From: Escherichia phage vB_EcoM_PhAPEC2
Sequence record: NC_024794.1
Reading direction: 5' to 3' (one strand)
DNA length: 64,000 nt
Each line of letters begins with the position of its first letter. Within the stretch, counting starts at the first letter, position 1. The translations under genes were made by a program, and so were the position numbers. Positions 8,941 to 18,811 of the stretch are shown here, in pieces. Under the pieces are notes generated by a model. The model saw only the letters and a program-made list of their open reading frames with translations. It did no database searches and was not told where the DNA came from.

Positions 8941-9618
8941 TTATCGCTGTTTTACACTTAACGGGTCAGGATTCTCAGGGACATCTTCAAGGCCAAGCGC
9001 ATAACGCTGAGCATATTTTAACATCAAAATATCTTTAGCACAATCATGAATACTATCATGAGCAACGAATCCTTTTAGCGTACCCATCGGTAATGGACAC
9101 ATACTTAATCCTCGTGTCAACGAGTAAGCTTCGATTGCCGTACGAATATCGCGTTGAGCCCAGAATTTAACCGGTTCTAATTTATCAGTATCAATATCTG
9201 GTTCAAGAACACCTTCATCACGATAGAGGTCACGAATCAAATCAACCAATATCGGGAAGTCAAAGCTCATACCACGGCACCACATCTGTGATTTCCATTG
9301 GTCAACTTTATTATCTCGGCAATAGTCTAAAAAGATTTTAATGCCTTCAAGCGTAGTGACATCATCTTCAGACGGAGCCAGGTTTTTACGCGCTTCAGCC
9401 GATTGTTCTTTCCACCATTTCATAGTGGATTTAGCGAAAACTCTCTTCCCTTTCTGAGAAGCTAAATTAAATTTAATTCGCTTACCTCGTTGAACAAGTT
9501 CTTCAAATGATTCAACAACTTCAGGGTCGGAATTATATGCAATAACCGCAAGGTCAATAACAGCCGCTTTTGATGTATTGCCGAATGTTTCAAAATCTAT
9601 AATAACGTCAGTGCTCAT
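8941..9618 (-). CDS. dexA: exonuclease A (DEDDh 3'-5' exonuclease)
   Basis: 225 aa; IIDFETFG exo motif; position upstream of dda as in T4. Confidence 0.8.
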   Translation of the reverse strand: MSTDVIIDFETFGNTSKAAVIDLAVIAYNSDPEVVESFEELVQRGKRIKFNLASQKGKRVFAKSTMKWWKEQSAEARKNLAPSEDDVTTLEGIKIFLDYCRDNKVDQWKSQMWCRGMSFDFPILVDLIRDLYRDEGVLEPDIDTDKLEPVKFWAQRDIRTAIEAYSLTRGLSMCPLPMGTLKGFVAHDSIHDCAKDILMLKYAQRYALGLEDVPENPDPLSVKQR

Positions 9619-9627
9619 AATTTTCTC

Positions 9628-10941
9628 TCAAATAAAATGGACGTCAAAACGACCACGAGTCGTGCCGACATACAATAACTGTTTAGCTAATTCTGAATCT
9701 GCATAATGGATACACGGTGTATAAACAAAGGCCGTGTCAACAGACATACCCTGGGCCTTATGGAAGGTTGATACTGGTAGTGCCTTCACCTTAGTGAACA
9801 TGCGTTTAGCATCCCAGAATTCGCTCCATGGAGCTTTACCACCTTTATTCCAAAATTTGTATGTTTCTGCGGCCTTAGCCAAAAACAAATTGAATTTATA
9901 AAGCTCTTCTTCAGAAGAAATAACCTTTATATCTTCTCGGATATATTCTTCATCATCCCCATATGTTTCTACTGTAAGATTCCAGTATCGTATCATATAT
10001 TCGCCTGAAACACCACGTGCTTTAACGAATGTAGACGTTTCTACAGCATCTCGAATACGAACGAATTGCCCGTTATTGAAAAGCATTTCGGTCATATTTT
10101 TACCATCTAGCTTATATGTCTTAGTAAATGGCTCTTGTAGAACAATGACTTCGTCTTTAATAAATGGTTTTTCTGTTTCAAGAAGTTTTCGGCGAATAAT
10201 TGAATTTAACTTGTCCACCGACTTATTTGTGAATGCCATCATTCGATTTTCGAAAAGGTCTTCAGGAGTTTTAACGACGTTAAAATAGTTCATCATATAC
10301 GATTTAAGGTCTGTATATCCATGAACACCGTGCCCATCAACTACTTTATCGTAAATCCATTTGCCATTACGAATATCAGTCGCAACATCAATAATTGGTG
10401 CATTGCTACGTTTAACTTCTGTAAGGTTGCATTGCACGAAGTCTTTGTGAGTGAAGAAAGGACTTAGATACGCAGTTGATTCGCCTGGGTCTACCGGACG
10501 AATCTGGCATCGGTCGCCGATTCCAATTACTGTACACCATTTAGGGATACTAGCTAACATTATTTTAAACAGAGAACGGTCGCACATTGATGCTTCATCA
10601 AATAACAGTACACGACACAAGGCTAAGTCGGGAACCTTTTTCTGTTCAAACAATACGTTTTCTTCGTATGTAGTTGGGTTGATTTTAAGAATGCTATGAA
10701 TAGTCGATGCTTCTTGACCCGCAAGTTTGCTTAGAACCTTTTTAGCAGCATGTGTAGGGGCTGCTAAAATAATACCTGATTCTCCAGAAGAAATAAGGGC
10801 TTCAACGATGAATCTAGTAAGGGTTGTTTTACCTGTACCAGCGGGCCCATTAATAGTTACGTGATGTTTCTTTTCTTTAATAGCTTTCATAACAACGTTG
10901 AAGGCGTTTTTCTGACCTTCAGTCAAATCATCAAATGTCAT
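9628..10941 (-). CDS. dda: Dda DNA helicase (SF1)
   Basis: 437 aa; Walker A GPAGTGKTT; T4 Dda is 439 aa. Confidence 0.9.
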   Translation of the reverse strand: MTFDDLTEGQKNAFNVVMKAIKEKKHHVTINGPAGTGKTTLTRFIVEALISSGESGIILAAPTHAAKKVLSKLAGQEASTIHSILKINPTTYEENVLFEQKKVPDLALCRVLLFDEASMCDRSLFKIMLASIPKWCTVIGIGDRCQIRPVDPGESTAYLSPFFTHKDFVQCNLTEVKRSNAPIIDVATDIRNGKWIYDKVVDGHGVHGYTDLKSYMMNYFNVVKTPEDLFENRMMAFTNKSVDKLNSIIRRKLLETEKPFIKDEVIVLQEPFTKTYKLDGKNMTEMLFNNGQFVRIRDAVETSTFVKARGVSGEYMIRYWNLTVETYGDDEEYIREDIKVISSEEELYKFNLFLAKAAETYKFWNKGGKAPWSEFWDAKRMFTKVKALPVSTFHKAQGMSVDTAFVYTPCIHYADSELAKQLLYVGTTRGRFDVHFI

Positions 10942-11249
10942 CGTAAAGTCCCTGCAATTGGAATACTAACAATACGGCCTGTGTCCAGGATTCGTTGATA
11001 CAATCTTTGCGTCTCCGCATCTAGTTTAATGTGTTTCATTTCGAGCTTATTAAACCAGAACTTACGCGGAGTTTCGACCATTCTTAGAACTCCCATTTTT
11101 AAATCTGTTTTATACTGTGTTTTCAAAGTATCGAAAACTTTATCTGCAATATCCTTTCTAAAAAATACTGCAGGACGATGCTCATCAAGTGGAACCGGGA
11201 CAGTAAATCCTTCCATATCTCGATAAACTATTGCATATACATAAACCAT
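10938..11249 (-). CDS. hypothetical protein (dda.1 position)
   Basis: 103 aa; ATGA overlap with dda. Confidence 0.55.
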   Translation of the reverse strand: MVYVYAIVYRDMEGFTVPVPLDEHRPAVFFRKDIADKVFDTLKTQYKTDLKMGVLRMVETPRKFWFNKLEMKHIKLDAETQRLYQRILDTGRIVSIPIAGTLR

Positions 11250-11251
11250 AA

Positions 11252-11998
11252 TTAACCTTTAATCAGTTGGAATAATGATGCGCTAAGTGGTAAGCCACGT
11301 TTCAATTTTAATTTACCAATGAAACCAATCTTTTCAAAACGTTGCAGACCTTGGATAACTTTATCATATGTATCGAAAAGCGATTCAGCATCAGTTAATT
11401 TAGTTTTAGTTTTCCAGTCAGAGCCTTTAAGAAGAACGTTGAGTTTAGTAAGTTCATGGCCTTCTGCTTGATGTGAGCCATTAATGCGTGCTTTCAAAGC
11501 AACAATTCTAAGTTTAGATTCGTTAGATAAAGGTTGATTTTTCATCATGTTCGCCATATGCTTAACACGATTTTCACGTTTTGCTCGGATTTTTAAAATA
11601 GTACCATAAACCTTTTTAATTTGGGCCCATTTCTTCTCGTCGAGATTAAGTTTCTCTACTTTACGAGCAGAAGGATTAGCGATACGTCTTGCAATGGCAT
11701 CACGTTTCTCAATAAGTTCTTCTAATGTTAAATCAGAACGAGCCGTGTTATATTTTTTCTTAACTGGGATAACATTACCTTTAATGTAGCCTATATCATT
11801 ATTAAAACGTTCTAAGGATAATTTCTCACCTTCAACAGAGTTATTAAAAGATTCACCTGAGTAAGCGCAGACCTTTTGATCAAGAATGTTTTTAAGGTAA
11901 TTAAAGTCTAAGTTAAAATCCTTAGAGCGTCTCTTCGCAGAAGCCCTGGTGTGGTCGAGACGACGATTGATTTTGTTAATTTTATTATTTGATAACAT
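11252..11998 (-). CDS. srd: hypothetical protein at Srd position
   Basis: 248 aa, basic; assignment by synteny (dda - srd - modA in T4) only. Confidence 0.4.
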   Translation of the reverse strand: MLSNNKINKINRRLDHTRASAKRRSKDFNLDFNYLKNILDQKVCAYSGESFNNSVEGEKLSLERFNNDIGYIKGNVIPVKKKYNTARSDLTLEELIEKRDAIARRIANPSARKVEKLNLDEKKWAQIKKVYGTILKIRAKRENRVKHMANMMKNQPLSNESKLRIVALKARINGSHQAEGHELTKLNVLLKGSDWKTKTKLTDAESLFDTYDKVIQGLQRFEKIGFIGKLKLKRGLPLSASLFQLIKG

Positions 11999-12044
11999 AA
12001 TATTTTCCTCTGTCTTACGGACGTTAAGGTCATTTAGCTGATAA

Positions 12045-12078
12045 GCTTATAATATCATGCCCTCAGGTAGTGTACACT
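12045..12078 (-). promoter_or_regulatory. early promoter upstream of srd-position gene
   Basis: minus strand GTGTAC, 17 nt, TATTAT. Confidence 0.45.
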
Positions 12079-12151
12079 CTTTTTTCATAAAATGCTTTAA
12101 TTTTTTATGTGTTATAATGGTTCTGAGTTCCATCCGGTTATTCCAATTCAG

Positions 12152-12760
12152 TCAGTAACTGACAATAGTCAGATTCCAGATTGTATAACGTCCATCTTGA
12201 ATAATAGAATCTACACGCAGTGTAGTCCCTATAGGGAGCATAAATTCACATTCGTCAGATATAAGTCTAGCATTAGACCGTCTTGTCGCTTCAGGGAAAG
12301 CTCCATTGAACTCACAAGATGGCGCAGCCAGAATCATGTTAAGCATATGTTCACGGAAGTTGAAAGCAAATGGTGCATCTTTGATGCAGAACATATTAAA
12401 TGTTCCGTAAAAATTATACGAAGCAAAGTTACGTGCTACACCGAACACTGGGCTGAAGCTCATTACTCTGTCAAATTTAATAATACTACCAATACCTTTA
12501 TCATCGAGTGTGGCCATAGTTTTCTTAGAGATTCCACGATACATTGTCTCAGGAACAGAAGACGTCCAATTTCTACGAACGATTGAACTTAAATCTTGTT
12601 GGATGCTATCAGGCTTGTTTTCCATACACTGCCATAGTACACTTTGTTCAATGTCGCTGAATTGCTCATCGATTTTGTACTGAAGCATATCTTGATAATC
12701 CGGGCATTGAGCACGACGAACCATTTCTTCAATTTCACACTCGTTATACGGCATAAACAT
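12152..12760 (-). CDS. modA: Mod-type ADP-ribosyltransferase
   Basis: 202 aa; R / S-x-S / E-x-E triad candidates (YRGIS, SFSP, ECEFML); synteny with T4 modA. Confidence 0.6.
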   Translation of the reverse strand: MFMPYNECEIEEMVRRAQCPDYQDMLQYKIDEQFSDIEQSVLWQCMENKPDSIQQDLSSIVRRNWTSSVPETMYRGISKKTMATLDDKGIGSIIKFDRVMSFSPVFGVARNFASYNFYGTFNMFCIKDAPFAFNFREHMLNMILAAPSCEFNGAFPEATRRSNARLISDECEFMLPIGTTLRVDSIIQDGRYTIWNLTIVSY

Positions 12761-12774
12761 TTAGGTTTCTCCTG

Positions 12775-12812
12775 TGGTTGATAAAAGTATAGTATCATCG
12801 TCTGTAGAGTTT
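12775..12812 (-). promoter_or_regulatory. early promoter upstream of modA
   Basis: minus strand GTGTAC-like -35, about 18 nt, TACTAT, then SD GGAGA. Confidence 0.4.
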
Positions 12813-12817
12813 GTACA

Positions 12818-13399
12818 CTAAAAATTCAACATTTTCAAATGAATGATTTTGTATAATCGAGATAAAGGGTCATATTCTAAGTCTTCAATTTCCACAATCT
12901 CAAATCGAGAGATGCCTGAGACCATGTACTCTTGTTCAGATTCAATCATATCTAGGACGTCAACACGCTTTTCTTCCATAACATGCTTAGGGTTCTTTCC
13001 GGCGAGTACAATGTTAACCATGTTTTGGTAGTAATCAAAAATGAATGGAGCATTCCTGAGACTAAGAATAGTGTACGTCTGATATTCCCATCTCCCGGAG
13101 AATTGACGAGCTGTGCTGAAATCAGTTGTGAACGATGTTACTCGTCCAGGAGACCAATGGCATCCAACAGAAAGAAGGGAAAGACGTTCTACTTCTTCTG
13201 GAGTTACACCACGGTAGAGTTCTACTGGTACTGTAGAAGTCATATGCTTACGAACAAGATGGTCTAATTCATAGTGGAAATCCGGGTCTTCCTTAGAATC
13301 GGTGCAAGCCCAGAGAATGTTTTGTTCTTGGCGGGTGAATTTGCTATCAATCAGATTTGTTAGGTATTCACGTTCTTGAAGTTCAGATTGACATGTCAT
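12818..13399 (-). CDS. modB: Mod-type ADP-ribosyltransferase
   Basis: 193 aa; YRGV, FSTAR, EQEYMV motifs; paralogous to preceding ORF. Confidence 0.6.
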   Translation of the reverse strand: MTCQSELQEREYLTNLIDSKFTRQEQNILWACTDSKEDPDFHYELDHLVRKHMTSTVPVELYRGVTPEEVERLSLLSVGCHWSPGRVTSFTTDFSTARQFSGRWEYQTYTILSLRNAPFIFDYYQNMVNIVLAGKNPKHVMEEKRVDVLDMIESEQEYMVSGISRFEIVEIEDLEYDPLSRLYKIIHLKMLNF

Positions 13400-13615
13400 G
13401 ATAGACCTCCATTTAAAGATAAGCCTATCATAACACGAGAGGAGGGAATGTAAACTACTTTTTAAGCTTTCCTACTAAAGGTCCATCAGGACCAGGTTGT
13501 TCTAACATGAATAAGGATGCTTTAAAAAGCAATGTCAACCCTTTCACCATTCGATACCATGTCTCAAAGTCTTTTTCCTTGATTTCTAGTAAGAATTTCT
13601 CTTTAAATTTCTCTT

Positions 13616-13804
13616 TCATTTCCAAGGACTCCATGGTGGAGGGTCGTCATAATAAGAGGCAAGGTCTTTCAGGGCTTCAACAGGTAAACTAAAGCCGTGT
13701 CGTTGTATAATACTATCTAGTTCATCAACAAGTTCACTACGATGCACTTTAGGAGCCTCAACTTCAGGCTCGTCAAACATACTCATAAGGTCCATATTAT
13801 TCAC
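13616..13804 (-). CDS. hypothetical protein
   Basis: 62-aa acidic ORF, overlaps next gene end. Confidence 0.4.
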   Translation of the reverse strand: MNNMDLMSMFDEPEVEAPKVHRSELVDELDSIIQRHGFSLPVEALKDLASYYDDPPPWSPWK

Positions 13805-14261
13805 CTAAATAAAAACTAGGCTGCTCGGAGAATGTTTCTAGCGCTACACCTTTTGTCTTAAAAAATTTCCAAATAGCTCGTTGCAAATGGATTAAATCTG
13901 CTAATGATGTAATAAAGTATTTTTTGGCAAAATACTTATGGTCTCGCTTTTCAAACAGATCTAAACGCTTTTCAGGATTCACATAAACTGCATTTTCAGT
14001 AGATTCATAACCTAAGTCCTTTATGCCTTCTTCAAGACTAAACGGAGAATTTTTAGAACGAGTAATAGCTCCAACTCGCTCTACACGAATTTTGTAACCT
14101 TTAGGAATCTGCAATTTGCAGAATTCTTCTACGATATATTGCGGATTATTTAGACTTTTGTTAATGAGAATAGCTATTTCTAGTGGAGTCTTATCTTCCA
14201 CTGGTATATGTTTAAACGACTTGGCTTCAAGCAAATACATTTTAAATAGCATAGCATCCAT
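13797..14261 (-). CDS. hypothetical protein
   Basis: 154-aa ORF, same strand. Confidence 0.55.
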   Translation of the reverse strand: MDAMLFKMYLLEAKSFKHIPVEDKTPLEIAILINKSLNNPQYIVEEFCKLQIPKGYKIRVERVGAITRSKNSPFSLEEGIKDLGYESTENAVYVNPEKRLDLFEKRDHKYFAKKYFITSLADLIHLQRAIWKFFKTKGVALETFSEQPSFYLGE

Positions 14262-14440
14262 TATAATTTCCTCGATGGTTCACCCATATAAAGTTTTACA
14301 ATACGTTCGCCTTCATCTTCGACGAGCTTCTCTTCATGCTTCTGGAGTTCTTTGACCATTTTCTCTTCAAAAACATCTAACCAATCTTCTGGTTCGACTC
14401 CATCATTCCAGCTTTTAAACCATTTTACTATTCTGTTCAT
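14261..14440 (-). CDS. hypothetical protein
   Basis: 59-aa ORF not in track; ATGA/TAATG coupling on both sides. Confidence 0.4.
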   Translation of the reverse strand: MNRIVKWFKSWNDGVEPEDWLDVFEEKMVKELQKHEEKLVEDEGERIVKLYMGEPSRKL

Positions 14441-14748
14441 TCACAGCTCCCTGAGCTTGAACCACAATCAGAATAACTTGACCCAGAATCACCAGGCCAA
14501 GACGATACGTATGAATGATTATAACTTGAAGAGTTTGAAGCAGACTTAGGACGAACAACTTCTTCCATCATTCCGTCACCGATATATTCCCAACTTTTTT
14601 CGTGTGTATCAGGAATAGGCATCACACCTTCGCCTGGTTTAACAGCAAACAACTTCTTCAGCATCGTAAGCATTAATTGTTCCTCGAACAAAACGAACAC
14701 CGCCATCATCCCAACGGATTTCGGCATTAAATTTGACGTCTTCACCAT
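14437..14748 (-). CDS. hypothetical protein (Ser/Gly/Cys-rich C-terminus); start uncertain
   Basis: 103-aa track ORF overlapping the next ORF in another frame; true start probably an internal Met. Confidence 0.3.
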   Translation of the reverse strand: MVKTSNLMPKSVGMMAVFVLFEEQLMLTMLKKLFAVKPGEGVMPIPDTHEKSWEYIGDGMMEEVVRPKSASNSSSYNHSYVSSWPGDSGSSYSDCGSSSGSCE

Positions 14749-14866
14749 CCATCATGAAAGAATGTACCACAACATCATCATAGTATCCAAGACCGTACTT
14801 TAATGAAACTTCTTGAGCAATCAAAGCACCTAATGTGTTATTAGGTTTAATCCAACGATTTAACAT
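14639..14866 (-). CDS. hypothetical protein
   Basis: 75 aa; SD AAGAGGAGAA; early-type promoter upstream. Confidence 0.5.
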   Translation of the reverse strand: MLNRWIKPNNTLGALIAQEVSLKYGLGYYDDVVVHSFMMDGEDVKFNAEIRWDDGGVRFVRGTINAYDAEEVVCC

Positions 14867-14884
14867 ATTGTTCTCCTCTTGAGT

Positions 14885-14925
14885 AAGTAAGAATATCTTA
14901 ACACAGTTTTTAGTGGTTGTAAACT
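14885..14925 (-). promoter_or_regulatory. early promoter
   Basis: minus strand GTTTAC, 17 nt, weak -10, then SD AAGAGGAGAA. Confidence 0.35.
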
Positions 14926-14934
14926 CTAGAAACG

Positions 14935-14960
14935 AAAAAAGGAATCCCGAAGGATTCCTT
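14935..14960 (-). terminator. intrinsic terminator after soc
   Basis: minus strand AAGGAAUCC-UUCG-GGAUUCCUU followed by UUUUUU. Confidence 0.7.
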
Positions 14961-14967
14961 AAATTAT

Positions 14968-15204
14968 TTAACCGCTTACTGGTGTAGGGGTAAACATTGC
15001 AGCGTTCTTAGTTTTCCAAGTTGCTGCATCAGAAACGACATCAGAATAAGCTGCCTTTTCTGATGGAAAGATTTGGTAATGGGAATCTGCAATTCGATGT
15101 TCGTTTGAATAAATCTCAAACGGTACAGAAACTTCCATACCTTTAACTTCTTTGCCTTCACCAGCCGGACGTGTAAAGGTTTTGATATTAACGTAACCAC
15201 CCAT
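14968..15204 (-). CDS. soc: small outer capsid protein Soc
   Basis: 78 aa; GYVNIKTF...HYQIFPSEKAAYS matches T4 Soc; late promoter TATAAATA about 30 nt upstream; strong terminator downstream. Confidence 0.85.
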   Translation of the reverse strand: MGGYVNIKTFTRPAGEGKEVKGMEVSVPFEIYSNEHRIADSHYQIFPSEKAAYSDVVSDAATWKTKNAAMFTPTPVSG

Positions 15205-15229
15205 AATTAACTCCTTTGTTGTTTAATTA

Positions 15230-15245
15230 CAGGTGTATTTATAAC
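15230..15245 (-). promoter_or_regulatory. late promoter (TATAAATA) for soc
   Basis: exact TATAAATA on the minus strand about 30 nt upstream of the soc ATG. Confidence 0.7.
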
Positions 15246-15249
15246 TTAA

Positions 15250-15771
15250 TCAGTAACCATTATCCTGACGTTCAAAGTTGTGTTGGTTTTTCAAGTAGTA
15301 AAGTTTAAAGATTTCTTCAGCAGAAAGACCCAGACCTTGGAACATATTTAGAACGAAATGCAGAATATCAATCATTTCAAATTTAATTTCAAGCTGGTCT
15401 TCAGGAGACAGTTCATCGATACGACGATTTCGATATTCAGCATGTTGTGCTTTCCATGGCTTCCATACAGAGCTAGCGGCTTTCTCACCATTGCTCATAC
15501 CGCCAAGTGAAGTCAACAATTCACGGAATTCATCATCAATATAATCTTTCTGATTACGCAGCCAATCAACAACATCGCCAGCAGTGGCCAATTCATCAGG
15601 ATGTTTGTTATGTTCAGGCTTGTCATTTGCCAGACGAACCTGTAAAGATTTCTGCATATCAAGCATTACCTGCAGTGGGTCTTTATCTTCGTGAATCAGA
15701 GCATTAAAATAAGCTTCTTCTGCTTTATCAACACCAGAAATAAGTTGTGAACATTCGTTAAAGTGTGCCAT
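15250..15771 (-). CDS. 56: dCTPase/dUTPase (dCTP pyrophosphatase, MazG-like)
   Basis: track ORF 15250..15786; MAHFNEC start as in T4 gp56; conserved EIKFE..DI.HFVLNMF block. Confidence 0.8.
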   Translation of the reverse strand: MAHFNECSQLISGVDKAEEAYFNALIHEDKDPLQVMLDMQKSLQVRLANDKPEHNKHPDELATAGDVVDWLRNQKDYIDDEFRELLTSLGGMSNGEKAASSVWKPWKAQHAEYRNRRIDELSPEDQLEIKFEMIDILHFVLNMFQGLGLSAEEIFKLYYLKNQHNFERQDNGY

Positions 15772-15860
15772 TATTTTTCCTTTCAATTCAGTATAAGAGA
15801 GTTAATTCTAACATTAATTTTATAAAGCGTAATAAATAATAAGGTAACTAAGGAGATATT

Positions 15861-16058
15861 ATGTTTAAACTTCCATCGTTAATCAACGCTATTAAAGGCA
15901 ATAAAAAGAAAACTGCTATCGCCGCAATAGTTGTAGGTGGCATTATTTCATGGAACTTCGGTATCGCACCATTATTAGTTGCTAATGGTATTATAGTTCC
16001 TTCTGTTCCATTGGATACTGTAGTTGATTTGGCCTTTGCTATTATAGGGCTTGTTTAA
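15861..16058 (+). CDS. small hydrophobic membrane protein (plus strand)
   Basis: 65 aa, two predicted TM helices; consensus SD TAAGGAG 7 nt before ATG; sits in 56/61 intergenic space, not antisense to a gene. Confidence 0.45.
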   Translation: MFKLPSLINAIKGNKKKTAIAAIVVGGIISWNFGIAPLLVANGIIVPSVPLDTVVDLAFAIIGLV

Positions 16059-17077
16059 ATCTTAGAATAATGAGATAATCTCATTTTAGCATGCAACCCA
16101 CTTGAAATATTCTGTTTCATATATTCTAAAATTTCTTGTGGTGTTGCATTTTCTTTCATTACCATATCATTCACATCCTTTGAATTCCATGGAGCTCTAT
16201 CCCAGAACATGACACGTTCGCCTGCATCAACTAATCGCTTCATACGAGCTATAGTATCCGGATGCCTAGGTTCATTATCCATTACCCATACCCGACGTTC
16301 TTTAAATGGTACCACATCTAAATCTATTGAGCCGCCTGTAATAGCGATTGCATTGGGTATAAATAAACTATCAATAGGGCCTTCCATTACCCAGACGTCC
16401 CCTTCCTTAACACGTTCAACACCGTAAATTTTTGTTGCAGACTCAAACGCTTTAATAGTGATATATTTCTGAGGAGCATCTTTACGAAGTGCACGTCCTT
16501 GGAATGACTCGGCCTTCCCATCTTTATTAAAAATAGGAATCACTAAACGTGGTTCGGGAATCTCTTTCTTATACGTACCCGGTTGAATCTTGTTGACCAA
16601 TTTAGGCCATTCTAATGTGAACCATAATCTGTTCCATGATTCTTTAGGAATACACCGAGACTTAACATATTTCACAATAGGATGCTCTTCAGGCAGCTTG
16701 TCTAGACGAGAACAAGACGGCAAAGAATTTATAGTCTTTTTCTCTGGCTCCGGTTTAGCTTCAGGAACCTTTTCAATCTTTGGTTCCATTCTAGCTTTTT
16801 CTTTACGAACTTCCATTAGATATTCGCGATAAAGCTCTTCATCATACTCTTTTAAGTATCCAGAAATTGTATTATGATATTGGCAGTTATAACAATGTAC
16901 ATTGCCAGGAGTACCACCGTAATACCATCCGCGGGCTTTCATTGCATCTGTCTGAGAGTCGCCACAAACTGGACAACGAAATGTTAATTTAAATGTGCTT
17001 GAATTATTGATTTGTCTAAAACGAGGGAGGTGAGAAAACGCACGATAAGCAAATTCATTATCTATCCATTCAGCCAT
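16055..17077 (-). CDS. 61: DNA primase
   Basis: 340 aa; zinc ribbon CPVCGDS...CYNC; closely matches remembered T4 gp61. Confidence 0.9.
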   Translation of the reverse strand: MAEWIDNEFAYRAFSHLPRFRQINNSSTFKLTFRCPVCGDSQTDAMKARGWYYGGTPGNVHCYNCQYHNTISGYLKEYDEELYREYLMEVRKEKARMEPKIEKVPEAKPEPEKKTINSLPSCSRLDKLPEEHPIVKYVKSRCIPKESWNRLWFTLEWPKLVNKIQPGTYKKEIPEPRLVIPIFNKDGKAESFQGRALRKDAPQKYITIKAFESATKIYGVERVKEGDVWVMEGPIDSLFIPNAIAITGGSIDLDVVPFKERRVWVMDNEPRHPDTIARMKRLVDAGERVMFWDRAPWNSKDVNDMVMKENATPQEILEYMKQNISSGLHAKMRLSHYSKI

Positions 17078-17116
17078 AGTATTCTCCAGAGGCCTTAAAT
17101 TAATAAGGCCATCATA

Positions 17117-17584
17117 TCACAACTTATTAATATTTACTTTAATTCGCTTTCTTTTCTTGGAAGGAATTTGTTCTGGACCTTTATTTACGACTGCACCTGT
17201 AGTTGTTCCTGATGCAATAGCTTGAGGACTGCCGCCTGAATCACCAGCAACCATATCCTCAAATAAAGGGAGTTCTTTAAATATTTCTTTCTGTTGTTCT
17301 TCCGTAATGTTATAGCGTGAAGCTACAGCACTCCAGGCAGACATCATTGAGGCCATTCCATTAAGACCCGGAACAGTGCTCATCATTCGCTTCATTGAAC
17401 GAACTGAAGCATGAAAAGGTGTATACGCCGCTTTTTCTTCGGGAGTAGAAGGACGTTTAAGAACACTTCCACGTTCATCGATGATTTTGGCGTCGTATGC
17501 TTTCCATTCGGTAAAAGGTTTTTGCATTAGTCGAATAAACTTATATGCGTAAACAGAATCTATTGCAGTGTTAATAATACCCAT
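17117..17584 (-). CDS. hypothetical protein (61.1 position)
   Basis: track ORF 17117..17611; SD AGGAGGT precedes internal Met (MGIINTAID). Confidence 0.55.
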   Translation of the reverse strand: MGIINTAIDSVYAYKFIRLMQKPFTEWKAYDAKIIDERGSVLKRPSTPEEKAAYTPFHASVRSMKRMMSTVPGLNGMASMMSAWSAVASRYNITEEQQKEIFKELPLFEDMVAGDSGGSPQAIASGTTTGAVVNKGPEQIPSKKRKRIKVNINKL

Positions 17585-17603
17585 AGGTACCTCCTGAGTA
17601 TAT

Positions 17604-17801
17604 TTAATCAATTACAAAGATTGCTTTGTCACCATTTATATCTGTGACTTCATATGTAGTGCCTTCATACTGTGGAATATTCCAAATTACACCATCATTA
17701 GCTTTTACGCTAATATGGCATTGGTGTTTTGAAACAACTTCGTAATCTTCAAAACTTGTAAAAACACTAATTTTAGAACCAGTGCAAATTGCAGTAGTCA
17801 T
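17604..17801 (-). CDS. hypothetical protein
   Basis: 65-aa ORF. Confidence 0.45.
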   Translation of the reverse strand: MTTAICTGSKISVFTSFEDYEVVSKHQCHISVKANDGVIWNIPQYEGTTYEVTDINGDKAIFVID

Positions 17802-17802
17802 T

Positions 17803-18462
17803 TTAACCTCGATTCATAAATGCATTAAATATTTGGTCATCAACAGAAATTTCTAATTCGACTTCAATTGCTTCGGCCTTTTCTTCAGGTGGTAATTCGT
17901 ATCCACACACTACAATTTTTTCATCGATATCAAAATATGCAGAAGCAATACGATTAATGTTATTTTCAGTTAAGTCCAAATCAACATCAACATCTTTTTG
18001 GCCTACACTTAAAGGATAACTAATACGGGTTATTTTATTATCTTTAACAAAGAGTCCACCAACATACTCTGTACTACGTTTGAAGTCTACACGTTTCCGA
18101 ATTGAAAGATATGATACATCTTTACCGTGAGCTCGGCTCATAGGACATAATGAATAACTAGAATAAGAGATGTCAAATCCTACACCTTCAATATGAGCCA
18201 ACGTGTCATGGTTAAACCAATTATAATCATATGCCAAATCCATTATATTGTAATATGTGAAAGGCACCGGATTAACATCATATGTTGTACCTTTAAAATC
18301 TGCCCAGGCAACGATTTCGTTATCTTTAACAATTACAAAAATTACACCAAGATGGTATCCGTTATTATTTTCATTCGGCGTTATATTATAACATTGCGCA
18401 TTAGGAAATTTACCATATTTAAATGGTGCGTTTTTGTGCATGTAATAAATCATATTATTCAC
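17803..18462 (-). CDS. hypothetical protein
   Basis: 219-aa ORF. Confidence 0.55.
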   Translation of the reverse strand: MNNMIYYMHKNAPFKYGKFPNAQCYNITPNENNNGYHLGVIFVIVKDNEIVAWADFKGTTYDVNPVPFTYYNIMDLAYDYNWFNHDTLAHIEGVGFDISYSSYSLCPMSRAHGKDVSYLSIRKRVDFKRSTEYVGGLFVKDNKITRISYPLSVGQKDVDVDLDLTENNINRIASAYFDIDEKIVVCGYELPPEEKAEAIEVELEISVDDQIFNAFMNRG

Positions 18463-18748
18463 CTGTGATTTCGGTTACGATATCTTTGTTATCGAAATTA
18501 GGGTCACAATACAAGACATAGTTGTACTGCATGATACCACCAGACTTAAGTTGTTCAACAACTTTATTAACCATATTAGGACGGTCTCGTTTAGTGATGT
18601 TCATGATATCAGAGAAGATTTGTTGTTCAACATCTTCTTGATTTGCAGACATTGACCACTCACAGAGGTCTTTATCATAACCTGCCGTAACTGGAGCCGG
18701 TGCACATGATACTGCAAGTAAGATTGCTGCCAATGATAACTTTTTCAT
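18455..18748 (-). CDS. sp: spackle-like periplasmic protein (signal peptide)
   Basis: 97 aa; signal peptide MKKLSLAAILLAVSCAPAPVTA; GYDKDLCEWSM...YNYVLYCD matches my memory of T4 Sp. Confidence 0.55.
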   Translation of the reverse strand: MKKLSLAAILLAVSCAPAPVTAGYDKDLCEWSMSANQEDVEQQIFSDIMNITKRDRPNMVNKVVEQLKSGGIMQYNYVLYCDPNFDNKDIVTEITGE

Positions 18749-18811
18749 TTTAGCTCCTTAGTTGATTTGATAGGACTACTATACTATAGTCCATCTATAA
18801 TGTAAACAAGT

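Noticed and set aside
11252-11998. HNH-type homing endonuclease at the srd position
   Set aside because: A stretch (LSLERFNNDIGYIKGNV) looks like an HNH-associated motif but the catalytic His-Asn pair and zinc-binding cysteines are missing.
12090-12125. Plus-strand MotA-box plus TATAAT that would drive antisense transcription into modA
   Set aside because: No plus-strand ORF with an SD follows; in 65% A+T DNA this is plausibly a chance match.
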